Source of the DNA: the human T2T-CHM13v2.0 reference genome, Homo sapiens
DNA: 64,000 bases
NCBI RefSeq assembly: GCF_009914755.1
Contig: NC_060937.1
Direction: 5' to 3' (one strand)
Positions 43,955 through 56,765 of the stretch are shown here, one piece after another; the stretch's first letter is position 1, and each line of letters opens with the position of its first letter. The translations under genes and the position numbers were made by a program. Below the pieces are notes generated by a model. That model saw nothing but the letters and a program-made list of their open reading frames with translations. It made no database searches and was not told where the DNA came from.

Positions 43955-44480
43955 GAATATAAATCATTCTATTACAAAGATACATGCACACATATGTTCA
44001 TCGCAGCACTATTCACAATACCAAAGATATGGAATTAACCCAAATGCCCATCAGTGATAGAATGGATAAAGAAAATGTGGCACGTATACACCATGGAATA
44101 CTATGAAGCCATAAAAATGAATGAGATCATGTCCTTTGCAGGGATGTGAAGGGAGCTTGAAGCCATTATCTTCAGTAAACTAACGCAGGAACAGAAAACC
44201 AAACACTGAATGTTCTCGCTTATAAGTGGGAGCTGAAGAATGAGAACACATGAACACAGGGAGGGGAACGACACACACTGGGGCCTGTGGGGGGAGGGTG
44301 GGATGGGGAAAGCATCAGCAAAGATAGCTAATGCATGCTGGGCTTGATACTTAGGTGAAGGGTGGATAGGTGTAACAAACGCCATGGCACACGTTTACCT
44401 ATTTAACAAACCTGGACATCCTGTACATGTGCCCCAGAACTTAAAATAAAATAACAATACAATTCCAAAAAGAAAAAAGT
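43955..44480 (+). mobile_element. 5'-truncated LINE-1, L1PA11-13-like
   Basis: 3' UTR aagcatcagcaaagatagctaatgcatgctgggcttgatacttaggtga; TSD tttggggaag at 43945-43954 and 44481-44490. Confidence 0.92.
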
Positions 44481-44701
44481 TTTGGGGAAGCTCACCAAAT
44501 TATCAAGATGGCTGGGGAACCAGACTTAAAGCTAAGCTGCCAGGAGCAATACCCCAAACCAGCCATACAGCTGGGTTGGTGGAATATCACACCCTTTCTC
44601 CATTGTCCCTGCTGCCTCAGGGCTCAAAGTTTACTGCAACCACCACCAACACCACTGTACCTTCTGTACCCACAAAGTAACCCTGTAGCCACAATGATGG
44701 C

Positions 44702-45062
44702 TGATATGATTTTGCTCTGTGTCCCCACCCAAATCTCATCTCAAATTGTAATCCCCACATGTTGAGGGTGGGACCTGGTGGGAGGTGATTAGATCATGCA
44801 GGCAGTTTCCCCCATGCTGTTCTCATGATAATGAGTGAGTTCTCATGAGATGTGATGGTTTTAAAAGTGGCAGTTTCCCCACACTCTCTCTCCCCTGCCA
44901 CCATGTAAGACCCGCCTTGCTTTTCCTTCACCTTCCGCCACATTGTAAGTTTCCTGAGGCCTCCAGAGCCATGCAGAACTGTGATTCAATTAAACTTCTC
45001 TTGTTTATAAATCACCCAGTCTCAGACAGTTCTTTACAGCAGTGTGTGAATGAACTAATACA
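44702..45062 (+). mobile_element. THE1D-like MaLR solo LTR
   Basis: tgatatgattttgctctgtgtccccacccaaatctcatctc...aaaagtggcagtttcccc...gaactaataca. Confidence 0.9.
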
Positions 45063-45278
45063 ACCTCTGATCCCCACCCAGAGCAAGAGCTCCCCAACTC
45101 TCCCCTCTTGGACCTCCAGCTCCTGAGTAAATGTCTAGAGTTGGTGAATCTGATTCACAGAGTCCAGAGCTGTGGCAGCAAGGAAGGCTGGGGATGTAGT
45201 AGGATCAATTCCTCTGGGGGAGGTATTTTTTACCCACACTATGACTCATAAAGTGGAGAATTACTGGAACATGGTCAG

Positions 45279-45639
45279 TGTATTATTGCATTCTCATACT
45301 GCTAATAAAGACATACCCAAAACTGGGTGATTCATAAAGGGAAGAGATTTAATGGACTCACAGTTCCACATGACTGGGGAGGCATCACAATCATGGTGGA
45401 AGACGAAGGAACAGCAAAGTTACGTCTTACACAGTGACAGATAAGAGAGCTTCTGCAGGAGAATGGCTCTTTATAAAACCATCAGATCACATGAAACTTA
45501 TTCACTATCACAAGAATGGCACGGGATAAGACCTGCCCCCGATATTCAATTACCTCCCACTGGGTTCATCCCACAACACATGGGATTATTACAATTCAAG
45601 GTGAGATTTCGGTGGGGGGCACAGAGTCAAGCCATATCA
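45279..45639 (-). mobile_element. THE1C-like MaLR solo LTR
   Basis: tgtatta...ctgctaataaagacataccc...caattcaaggtgagattt...gccatatca; perfect TSD gtcag at 45274-45278 and 45640-45644. Confidence 0.92.
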
Positions 45640-45709
45640 GTCAGGAATTTGAATGTTGGACACTCAAAAAAAAAAAAAAAAGATGACAGCTATCTCTGCC
45701 CCAAGACCG

Positions 45710-46760
45710 TGTCATCTACGTGCCTCAAACTTTCATACCTCTATCTGTATTTCAGGATTATTCTCTGAGCTTATTTGATATCTCCTACTTCATAATTGAA
45801 ACAAATCTCTGGATCCTCAGCCCTTGCCACCTCTTCTTGGCTGCATCTTTCACTTTTTAGCAAACCTCTTTACATTTGATCGTTCACACTGGGAACCTGA
45901 GTGGCTGGGTTCCTTCTTTCTTCCTCCATCCTGCATCCAGCCTAACACACACAACTGGCCATTTCAACTGAAAAGTGTGTCTCAGATCTGCCCATTTCCT
46001 TCCACTCTCTTTCTTATCCCTCTGTTGTGAGTAAGTACTAAAACCTCTGCCCTGGAATACCAGCCTGTCCTCTTGCCTGCCTCTAATCTATTTCTCAGTA
46101 ATTTAGAAATTACTAAGTTCTTTAGCAACTCAGTAGTTACTAAATTACTAATAGAGTAATCTTTAAAACAGGTGTCGGTCCTACCTATGGCTTCCTTTTG
46201 GAATATGTCGGTCCTACCCATGGCTTCCTTTTTAAAAGATTACTAAATTATAAGGTGTCTTGAATAAAGTCAGGACCCGCAGAATTTGATCTTAGAAACT
46301 CAGTGTATCCTCATCCTCCTCCTAGTTTATTACACTCTGCCTCAGGACTATTTTCTGTTATTGCAGAGGTCAGTCTGTCTCTTGGTCCAGACTTTTCACA
46401 CACATTGCCACCTCTGCCTGGAGTGTTATTCCCTCCCTTCCGCTTCTCTAGCCAACTCCAAACAAAGATATAGGTCTCCACTTCAATATCATTTCTCAGA
46501 GAAGCCTCCCTGATGCTCTGATGTAAGTTAGCTTACCCACTTTTCTCTTTTTTTGACATCGTCTTCTTTCCTGCCATTTATGATGATTTCTGATTGTACA
46601 TTTGTCTGTGAGATTACATGTGACCATTTGACTCCTCCCACTTAGCCACGTGAAGTTGGAGGGTACCCCTGATTTCTCCACCACAGAAAACCTGGGGCCT
46701 TTCCAGTTGCCTGCCTGAGAGTCGGCATTTGGTTGAGCACAAAGATAACCTAAACAACCA
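45710..46760 (+). mobile_element. Degenerate L2
   Basis: tctcagatctgcccatttccttcca...cctctgcctggagtg...catttctcagagaagcctccctga...ctcccacttagccacgtgaag. Confidence 0.65.
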
Positions 46761-47242
46761 ATCAAGGCAAACAAGATCCCACGCTCAGGAGACAGGTACA
46801 AATAATAGACTCTCCCTGCCCCTAGGAGACCAGATAAGAACTGATTGTGGAAGTATAATTTTTTTTGTTGAGTAGATCTGGTCAAGTTAGTACCTGAAAA
46901 CATCAACTTCCAAACTCATTCTGAAAAACTGGCAGTAAAGGGAGGATGATGTCCCATGTAAGGAGGATTGGGACAACAGGCAGCTTCCTACTGCTTTGAA
47001 AAGAGGGTAAAAGAAGAGAAATGGCAGGATGAAAATCCCCAGTGCCAACAGTGCGTAAGGGTCTCCTCTCCTGTGTTCTCCCTCCTACCAAGGGCAGCTT
47101 CCCTGGTGCCTAATTCTTGCAGAGCGGAGGAGGGTCTCCACCCAGCGTCTTCTGTGAGTGTGTGAGTCCCTATGGTGTCCACGGCAAAAATCCCAACTCT
47201 TGCCCTTAGGAATGTAAAGCCCATTTAGAAATGAAGCAGGAA

Positions 47243-47596
<354 letters not shown>

Positions 47597-48741
47597 TCAG
47601 AGTCTACATAGTGCTTTCATTCAAGGAAAATGTGTTCAGTGCTATAAGAGTAGCATAAACAAATCACTGTTGATACATATTATACAGAATACCTCATGTT
47701 TAAGTTAAAAAAACAGAATTTTTAAAAATGGTGAGTAAGGGCAGTGTCCAAACTACTCTACAAGGTTCTGGTCAGACCCTAAAGAGGAAAATGCTCCTGC
47801 AATTAGACATGTCTTTTCATTGAAACCATGCAGCATTTAGTCATCTCTCTCTCTGAGTAGGTAAGTTAGACAACATTTGCTTAAAGACAAAGTCTGTGCT
47901 TCAGAAACAGCTGGTCTGCCGTAGTAGGTGCTGACATGCCATGTCTTCTAAGACAGGAGATTTGAAAATTGGTTCCCTTCACTGCTCCCACGTTCTGAAT
48001 AAATTGAGAACCTACATTTGCATCTTTCCATTTACAGCATAACTGTTTTATTTACTGGTAAAAATTTCTGAACAACTGATTATTTCAGAACGCACTCTCT
48101 TCTGATGGGTAGGTAGAGGCAGTTTCTCTTTACCTACATGACCGTAGCTGTAAATATGATAAAGAAGCATCCATTATCCCAGGGCCTTGAGGTTCAAATG
48201 TGCCACATGTTCTTCTAATCCATAGGTGTCATCCACATGAAATAATCCTGAAAGGTAATCTCTGGTGCTCTTGTTAATAAAGATACAATAATTTTTTTAA
48301 AAAAATTTCTTCCCAGGTATTTTTTTATATTTATTTTATAATAATCCAGAAATGTTGGATGCAGGTCTAATCTTATTGCATAAAAATAATTTCTATTCCC
48401 TAAACAAATAAACACACATATTCTTGTAAAAACTAATGAAACAAGTACTTCTAGAATCTGCTATACACTTACAAATTAGTTCAATTTGCTTTAAAATCAG
48501 AATGGCATAAAAATTTTCAAAAAATACAACTGATAAGTAAAACATAACGGTTTAACTTATTTGTTTTTCAATGGCAATAAATCTATTTACTCTTACATTC
48601 ATTTGGAATGGCAGAGAAAGGGAAGGGAAGAGAAAGATTTATTTCATATCTTTAATGGACCAATCTTTATATTTAGATATCATATGTGTTTTCTTCTTCA
48701 ATTATTACAATATCATGAGAAAGTAAGAATTATTTACATTT

Positions 48742-49063
<322 letters not shown>

Positions 49064-52000
49064 TTAGAGATAGTTAAACTAAGTCTCAAAGAGGGTAAAG
49101 GTCTAGAGGATGTCTGCCTAAAAAGTAGCACACCCAAGCACCCTCTTTAAATATGTTGTCCAAAGGCAGCAACACATAGACCAATCTCCATCAGCTCAGA
49201 TGTTTTTATTAGGGAACATAATTTACCATAATTCTCTATACTTTGAACCCTCTTGAAATATTAAAATTGCAAAGTTCATTCACATGAAAACTTGCAACAG
49301 CTTTAACAAGTCAGCCCAATGTATTCAAAAAAATAAAATAAATAGTGCATCCTGTAAGCCATAAGAGCAGGTTTAAGGCAGCATTCTGGCCTGACAGTTT
49401 CACTGGAGGTTAGAAGGGACAGCTGTGCTCACATAAATCTGCTGACCCTCATGCACTTTCTATCAACAAGATTTTCTCATCCTCCCATTATTGCTGTTCA
49501 ACAATTAATCAACAGCTGTTGAAACATTATAAGCATGCTTGTAATTTGGGGTAAAATTAATGATTGTCTATCTATTAAAATGCTGAGGGAGGCTTTGTTT
49601 TCCAGCCCCAGTGTGAACTTGCTGATTTATTCTTCAAATCAATTACCCTCCTGAACTCCCTGGACTCATGACTGTTGGCTAAGAGCATCCCACACCCTCT
49701 GCTTCCCAAAGTGAGCTTTGACATCCATAAGAGGGGCCATGTATTCCTGGCTGTGTGGTTCCACACTGCACAGAAATATGTTAGCAGAGTAAAATATAAG
49801 CATACTTAGAAAGATTTCGTTTTATTTTGTTTTACAATTATCTGAAAGTAATTGTTTAGAAATAATGATAATATCAAAATATAGTTTTGAAATTCCATGA
49901 ATCAATGACTCAAACAATAGTGAATGAATACTATGTTTTATATAAAAATAAAATATAAGCAAGTCAATGAAACCACATGAAATGGGTGAATCGCTCGCTG
50001 GCTAGTATTTTTGAGGTTTTTTTGTGATTTACTTAATATCTGGATCCGTTCACAACCTAGTGCTTCATGAACACTTCGAGATGTCCAGCAGAAACTTCAT
50101 TTCAGCAAAGTGGACATCTTGTCACTGGTCATGCTCTAAGTTCAGCCAAGACAAGCACTGGGTTTTCATTCTGAAGCCCAACAGCCTTGACCCAGTTCAG
50201 TCTCACTCACTGGACTCCCAGGTGGGGAGCAGGAAACCTCATGCTCAGGTCCGTCAGGCATTTATCAGAGTTTTGTTTTATTTTGTTTCTTGCATTTTTC
50301 CAGTCATGACATGTAGTCGTCATCAAGGAATAAAGTAATTCTTTAACTTAAATTCAGAAACTTAACATGGGTAGAACATGGAGACAGATGCGAGTCACTA
50401 CTACTTTTTCTTCACTCCTGTTCACACACTACCGCACTAATCTTAGTGTTACTGAATCAAGTCATGGTGAGTATTCGCTGTCACATGTCCAGCCTTAGAG
50501 CTCATATGCACCCTTCAAGTCAGTTACCCGGACAACCACCCATAAGGCAGACCTAAAGAAAACCACTGCTGTTCAAACAGATTTCAGCTCTGCTCCCACC
50601 TAAGCCAGTGAGAAGGCCATTTTACCTGTTTGCATTCTTTCACAATAATTCTATATAAGACAGAAAATAAAAGATTTAATATGCTAATATAAGCCAGCAA
50701 CAGAAAAACTATATTTTGTAAATACAGATAATATAATAGAAACAGCCTTTGCTATGAGGATATTAAACACTTAATTAGGAATGAAAAAAGATTTTAATCA
50801 CTTAATGTGTCACAGATTCCCATTGTCGTCTACCTGTGTTAAACAGTCCGGTTCTCAATCTGACTAGAGTCTGTTTGTTTTCCTTTAAAGTGTAATAACA
50901 ATATCCAAAGCTTCTAACTCAAAATTTATTTCTCTTTCATGAGAAAGCAGTATTTTTCTATAAACTACATCTAACATATTAGTAATAATGGTGTGACTCT
51001 TGATACAAATTACAAACTAATGTTAGTGTGGTTCACCAAATAATAACTCCCCTCAGGCCAATTTGCATACAAAACGTAACATTTAAAGCCAAGTTACAAT
51101 TAGCACTTTATTAAGGAACCTCATAATGGTAATATACTGCAACCTACTTATACTTGCTACGAGGACTTCACTTATGAAAAATTACACTATTAGAGTTACC
51201 ATTACAACAAAGCAACCCACATTCAATACTAACAAACTCAAAGACCAAAAGTCATTGTTTACGCTTAAAGAGTTACACTTAAAGAGTTCAAAACTGAGTA
51301 ATGTATATCCCTTCAGTGTGACAGTGGAAAATGTAAACAAGATAGATGGCTGGGTAACTTTACATTTAAATGACAAATATAGTGACACTACACCCACACG
51401 CACCCACAATATAAAACAAAAACCTATACTAAAAACCAAGCATGGATAAATATATTTAAGTAACCATTATCAAAAGTCAAGAATATTACTTGCTTTTTGA
51501 AATGAGGATTTAGTAATTAATAATATTGAAGATGTTGGATTTATTTCACAGATATTTACAAAACTAAATGACCACCAGTACTTCCATACAACTCACTGTT
51601 TAAAAACTGAAATCATATGGTATGTGTGTGTGCATATGGGTGTTTCTACCAGGACTGATTTTTTCACTATTCTCTCAAAATTTAAACTTTTAGTTTGCTA
51701 GAATCTATTCACCATTTTAAGTGGTAGAAGACTGGCTCTTAGTGGCAACTCATAAATTCTGTATTCCAGTTAAAGAGAAGCTGTTTCTCAAATGTTTCAT
51801 CTCCTTTTTGTGAAACAGTGCTTATGGCATTTATAAACACCCATTTGTTGACTAAAATTGTAATTATGCCCTTCAAATTAACTTCAGGTTAATTATTTTT
51901 GGTTTCACCTAAATATAAAAAATAAACAATCTGATGTTGAGTGTGTTAACATTTATGGTCTGGTTTATATAATAAAGTGGCAGAGCAGCTTGATTTATTA

Positions 52001-52491
52001 AGATATTCCAAACAGCAAGAAAAGCCACAGAGGTGGGAACATAAACCAATGTACACAAACATCTTGTGTGCGTGTGCACACAGAGACACACATCCACACA
52101 CACATATACATTTCTTTTGAATGAATCTTAAAGAGGACATTGCACGTGCAACTAAAATTCCATTGAACAATGATCTGAGTCTTTAAGCTTCTATTAACAA
52201 TCAAAGTTCCATTCTTCTCCTTCCTCATTTCAGCTTGCCTTTTTGTGCACTAAGAATGATACAGTCCCTCAATCTTCCTCATTCTTTTCCAGCATAATTT
52301 TCCCCCCTTTTGACTAAAATTATTAGTCAAAGTACATGCGTAAGTGATGGAGGTTTGGAATTACCCGGCAATGGCAAATTCTATAGATACTGTGAGCAAA
52401 ATTTTTTCTGAGATAAGTATGAAGAGTTACAGCTGCCATCAGCAAAAGATATGGAGACAGTGCACGAGAGGAAATGTACCCTAGTCATATT

Positions 52492-52808
52492 ATTATTATT
52501 ATTATTACTATTACTATTATTATTATTGAGACAGAGTCTCGCACTGTCGCCCAGGCTGGAGTGCAATGGCACGATCTCGGCTCACTCCACCTCTGCCTCC
52601 CGGGTTCAAGCGATTCTCCTGCCTCAGCCTCCAGGATAGCTGGGATTACAGGCGCACACCACCACACCCAGCTAATTTTTTGTATTTTTAGTAGAGACGG
52701 GGTTTCACTATGTTGGCCAGGCTGGTCTCGAACTCCTTGACCTTGTGATCCACCTGCCTCAGCCTCCCCAAGTGTCGGAATTACAGGCATGAGCCACCGT
52801 GCCTGGCC
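52492..52808 (-). mobile_element. Alu (AluSg-like) with a (TAA)n tail
   Basis: Antisense full dimer; TSD core tagtcatatt at 52482-52491 and 52812-52821. Confidence 0.94.
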
Positions 52809-52887
52809 TCTTAGTCATATTTTTATAGTGAACATACATTACAAAGTAATAGGATAGCTTCCTGTGAAGAATGGTTAACACCAACTT

Positions 52888-53056
52888 GAGTACAGTCACT
52901 GCTCTTCCACTGATTTGGATTACGACCTTAGAAAAGTCATGAAACTGCTTTGACTCAACTTCTCAAATGCTACATTGGCAGAAATGCCATCTGACATTTT
53001 CCTATCAGGAACACAACGAATATTACAGAAATAATGTGAGTAAAGACATTTTGGAT
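52888..53056 (+). mobile_element. MIR fragment
   Basis: gctcttccactgatt...gaccttagaaaagtca...aataatgtgagtaaagacattttg. Confidence 0.5.
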
Positions 53057-53469
53057 TTCAGAGTCAAAAGAATGATACACTCATCCAATGTTCACATACA
53101 CTTTGTGTCGTGAAGTGGATGGACGCCAGTCTATCTATCATGACTTAAGAAATAGGGAACATTTTACTTCACAGGCTAAAAGAAACTAGCATTTTTAGTA
53201 ATTCAAGTCTTTCTGTGCAGTATTTATATTTAGTGAGAACTGTCTGCTCCCCTTGACCACAAACGTATGTTAAAATATTTAATCCACCAATCTCAAAATT
53301 AATAGTCATCAGTTCACAAGTAAACAAACCATTACTTTGTGAATGATACAGTATTAAAGTTACCATTTTGTAAATTTCTTGTATGAAGATCTCCCAATTA
53401 ACAAAAAAAAAATTCAGAATTTTAGTTTTTTCTCCCTATTTTGTTGTGCACATTCACTCCAATAGAATA

Positions 53470-53835
53470 TGACATGATTTGGCTCAGTGTCCTCACCCAA
53501 GTTTCATCTTGAATTGTAATCCCCACTTTTCAAAGGAGGGGCCTGGTGGGAGGTAATTGGTTCATGGGGGGTGGTTTCCTCCATGCTGTCCTCATGATAG
53601 TGAGGGAGTTCTCACAAGATCTGATGGTTTAAAAGTGGCAGTTACCCCTGCACTCTCTCTCTCACCTGCCAGCATGTAAGACGTGCCTTGCTTCCCCTTC
53701 ACCTTCCGCCATGGTTGTAAGTTTCCTGAGGCCTCCCCAGCCATGCAGAACTCTGAGTCAATTAAATCTCCTTCTCTTATAAATTACCCAGTCTCAGGTA
53801 GTATCTTTGTAGCAGTGTGAGAATGGACTAATACA
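53470..53835 (+). mobile_element. THE1D-like MaLR solo LTR
   Basis: tgacatgatttggctcagtgtcctcacccaa...catgtaagacgtgccttgcttccccttc...gaatggactaataca. Confidence 0.92.
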
Positions 53836-53916
53836 AATAGAATGAGAAAATGTGTAAAACTCATGCACTCAGCTGATGATAATATGCTTGCTGGTACTGG
53901 AATACTGCTGAGTAGG

Positions 53917-54225
53917 TGCTCTGGCCTCAATGTTTGAAGCCCCCCACATGCACATGTTAAAACCCAATCACCAATGAGATGGCATCTGGAGATGATAAGG
54001 CCATGAGAGTGGTCCCTCATGAGTGGGAGCAGCGCCCTTGCAAAAGAGGCCCAAAAGGCCTGCCTTGCCCCTTCCATCATGTGAGGACACAGAGAGAAGG
54101 TGCCGTCTATAAATCAGGAAGGGGCCCTCACCAGGCATCCAATCTGCTGTTGTCTTGATCTTGGACTTCCCGGTCTCCAAAACTGTGAGAAATAAATTTC
54201 CATCATTTACAGGTTGCCTGGTGTT
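53917..54225 (+). mobile_element. MLT1A-like MaLR LTR (3' end missing)
   Basis: catgtgaggacacagagagaaggtgccgtctat...cttgatcttggacttccc..tctccaaaactgtgagaaataaattt. Confidence 0.85.
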
Positions 54226-54534
54226 AAATCTTCAGAGATCCTTGAGAAGATGCTTGCTTTACCAGAACAAAGATTTTTTTTTTTTTGACATAACTAGAAA
54301 AGCAGACATAGACATGGGAAAACTCCAGACAGGACTGAGGATTCTCTACCAACTTTTCCACCATTAGTCATAAAAAATATACTTATGATTCATTATCTGG
54401 TACTTTTTTGAATCCTTGGGAACTCTAAAGAACAAACTGCACTGCCAGTACAGAATTTATCATAGATTTTTGTACTCTAAAAACAATTCATAGGCAACAA
54501 TCAATCAGCACTATGTCAAGGCCTGACAATTCAA

Positions 54535-54950
54535 AGATGAATCTCTGGAGTACAAAATTTTGAATATAAAGTTGTTCATCTTCACAGTCTAGCATAGTGC
54601 CTGGCCCATTTGTGAATGAATAAATGCACACTTGTGGGAATCCACGATCAAAAATGCAGTGTGTATGAGACAGCCCTCGCTGACACTGAAAAAGTCCAGA
54701 AAGCTGGGAGAAGCCTGAATCTTGGTGGTGATTCTATCATGACTTTATGTTCAGATTTTATCAACTCATTTCATGATCATTCGAGTCAATTTTCTATCCT
54801 CAAGAGTCTGCTAATCACTAAAGCACGAATGAAGATGACAAGACATGATCTCTGTCCTCAAAGCACTAACTTCTACTGCAGAAATCACATATGTGACAGG
54901 ACAGAGTGAGGTGCCTGACATCAATTCAGCACATGATAAATGTTCACAAG
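54535..54950. mobile_element. Two L2 3'-end fragments (+ at about 54535-54626, - at about 54765-54950)
   Basis: ctagcatagtgcctggc...tgaatgaataaatg; aagacatgatctctgtcctcaaag. Confidence 0.55.
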
Positions 54951-55299
54951 ACAGGAAAGACGGGTAATTAACTACAAGGAAAGGCTGAAAAAAAAAAAGT
55001 GCAGAATAAAGGTACAAGCAACTTTGAGGAAGTACAAAGAAAGAGTTGAATATTTTTATTTTGACACAAGAAAAAGTAACAGTTGAGTAGTAAAACATAA
55101 AAGAGCTTTAATTGGAAGAGAATGAAGCCAATATATGTATAAGGAACAGGATGGACAAACATGTGGACACAATACGAGGTTGTGGGACCTCTTGAGGTAA
55201 AGGAGCAAACCCCTGAGATGCAATGTAAGGGGCATGGCAAGATGTCACTCCCTCTGGACTCCCTCCAGCTTGCAGACCCACCCTCCAAACCTGCCAGAT

Positions 55300-56045
55300 T
55301 GGCGATATCGGAGCTGCCACATCTTGCTCTACACTGCGTTTCTATTAAAATCACTCTGTAAATGCATTAACTGGTTAAGCAGTCGTATTCTCTATTGCTT
55401 AATATTGAATTTGCAGTCAGCTAAAGCCTGCACGTCTGTCTTTCAGCAAATATTGTCAAGCTTGATTACACTTTCATTTTTAAAAATGATTTCTAACCCA
55501 GATGCAGAACCAGAGGCTACTGTTAAATTTTGGTTTTGTTATTGTGATTCATTATTTTAATCTGTCAATTTTTTTTTCATCCTGACTTTGTCATCCTCTG
55601 TAACAGCTACTCCTCCATGCATTGAGTAATGACAAAATTCATCATTCTACCACGCATTTTTGAGAGGATCAAAAGATGGGGGCAACGGCACACCGTCAGA
55701 GCTTTTCAGCCAGATGGAATAGTGTTCCTCAATCAACATGCTTAAATGTTGACTTGATGAGCTATTCATTTACATAACTCTTTGGTTACCCAGTCTGTAT
55801 TTCTCTACCTTCTACACAAGTTCGTGAGGTTTTGGCTGAACTACAGTGACGAAGTCAAAACTCACACCTCACTCCCACCCAATAAATATCGGAGATTATG
55901 TTCTGCACATGGCCGTATTCTCTGGATACAAGCAAAAGTTACATTGAATATTTCAAAGTTGTCTTATAGAGCCATTTATTTATCCTTTAATTCAACCAAC
56001 ATTTATCACATGCACACATCAGTTCTTTTCAGTCTACCAGAATGA
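55300..56045 (-). mobile_element. CR1/L3 LINE remnant
   Basis: ggcacaccgtcagag...ccagatgga...tcaatcaacatgctt...tatttctctaccttctacacaag resembles antisense L3 RT-region sequence. Confidence 0.45.
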
Positions 56046-56059
56046 CTTTCAGAATCACC

Positions 56060-56266
56060 TGTAGTGTGCCGTAGCCATCTTGTACCAGCTTGCCAGGGCC
56101 AACTGTGCACATCTCCTCCCTATGCTCCTGGCAGTGACTCTGACTGGCAGGTTAAATCAGTCTGCTGGGAATATTTACCCCATGGACATCCGCAACTGGT
56201 ACATATCAAGGATTGTCTTTTTTGTTGAAAAAAAAAAAATGGTTGTTAAACATTTACCAGCACAAA
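56060..56266. mobile_element. MER63 hAT-Blackjack element
   Basis: gtgtgccgtagccatcttgtaccagcttg...ggttgttaaacatttaccagcaca terminus. Confidence 0.75.
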
Positions 56267-56494
56267 ATGGAGAATACTTCTCCTCATCCTCCAAGACTTT
56301 GAGCTTTTGACAATTCAAATAGTGTCAGCGGCAGATAATGCAAATAGTGTCATCTACAGGTTTGGGGGGAAGAGAAAGAAAAGAATCCTGCCAATACACG
56401 AAACATTTGCAGCGGTCTCAGCACAACAGTGAGAAGATATTCATCTTACAGGTAGTGATAAAGCAGTGAAGCTTAAGGAAGAGATAAAAGCCAC

Positions 56495-56765
56495 AGAGCT
56501 ACAGAGCAAATTTGGAAACCATCATCAATCTGTTGATATCAACACAGTTCTCAGACTGGACAAGACTTAAAATGGATAGTATGTACAAAGGGAAGATCAA
56601 AAACCTAAGAACTGAATCTTGTGGGACACCTGCTTTTAAGGAGAGAGACAACAGCACATGAGGAGGCTTTAAAAAAGGAGCAAGAAAAAAAGATCCATGA
56701 TTCAGGGAGAACCAATGAAACGCTGCTGGTGCTCAAAAAGCAACAGCAGAGCGCAGGAAGGCACT
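56495..56765 (-). mobile_element. L2 internal fragment
   Basis: atttggaaaccatca...ctaagaactgaatcttgtgggacacctgcttttaagg. Confidence 0.6.

Larger units (their letters stand above)
43868..45700 (-). mobile_element. Old MLT1 (MLT1M/N-like) LTR interrupted by three younger insertions
   Basis: gttcttagtagcaaagagcagaagcagact...ttaagc; then gctcaccaaattatc; then gcagcaaggaaggctggggatg; then aatgttggaca...gacagctatctct. Confidence 0.5.
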
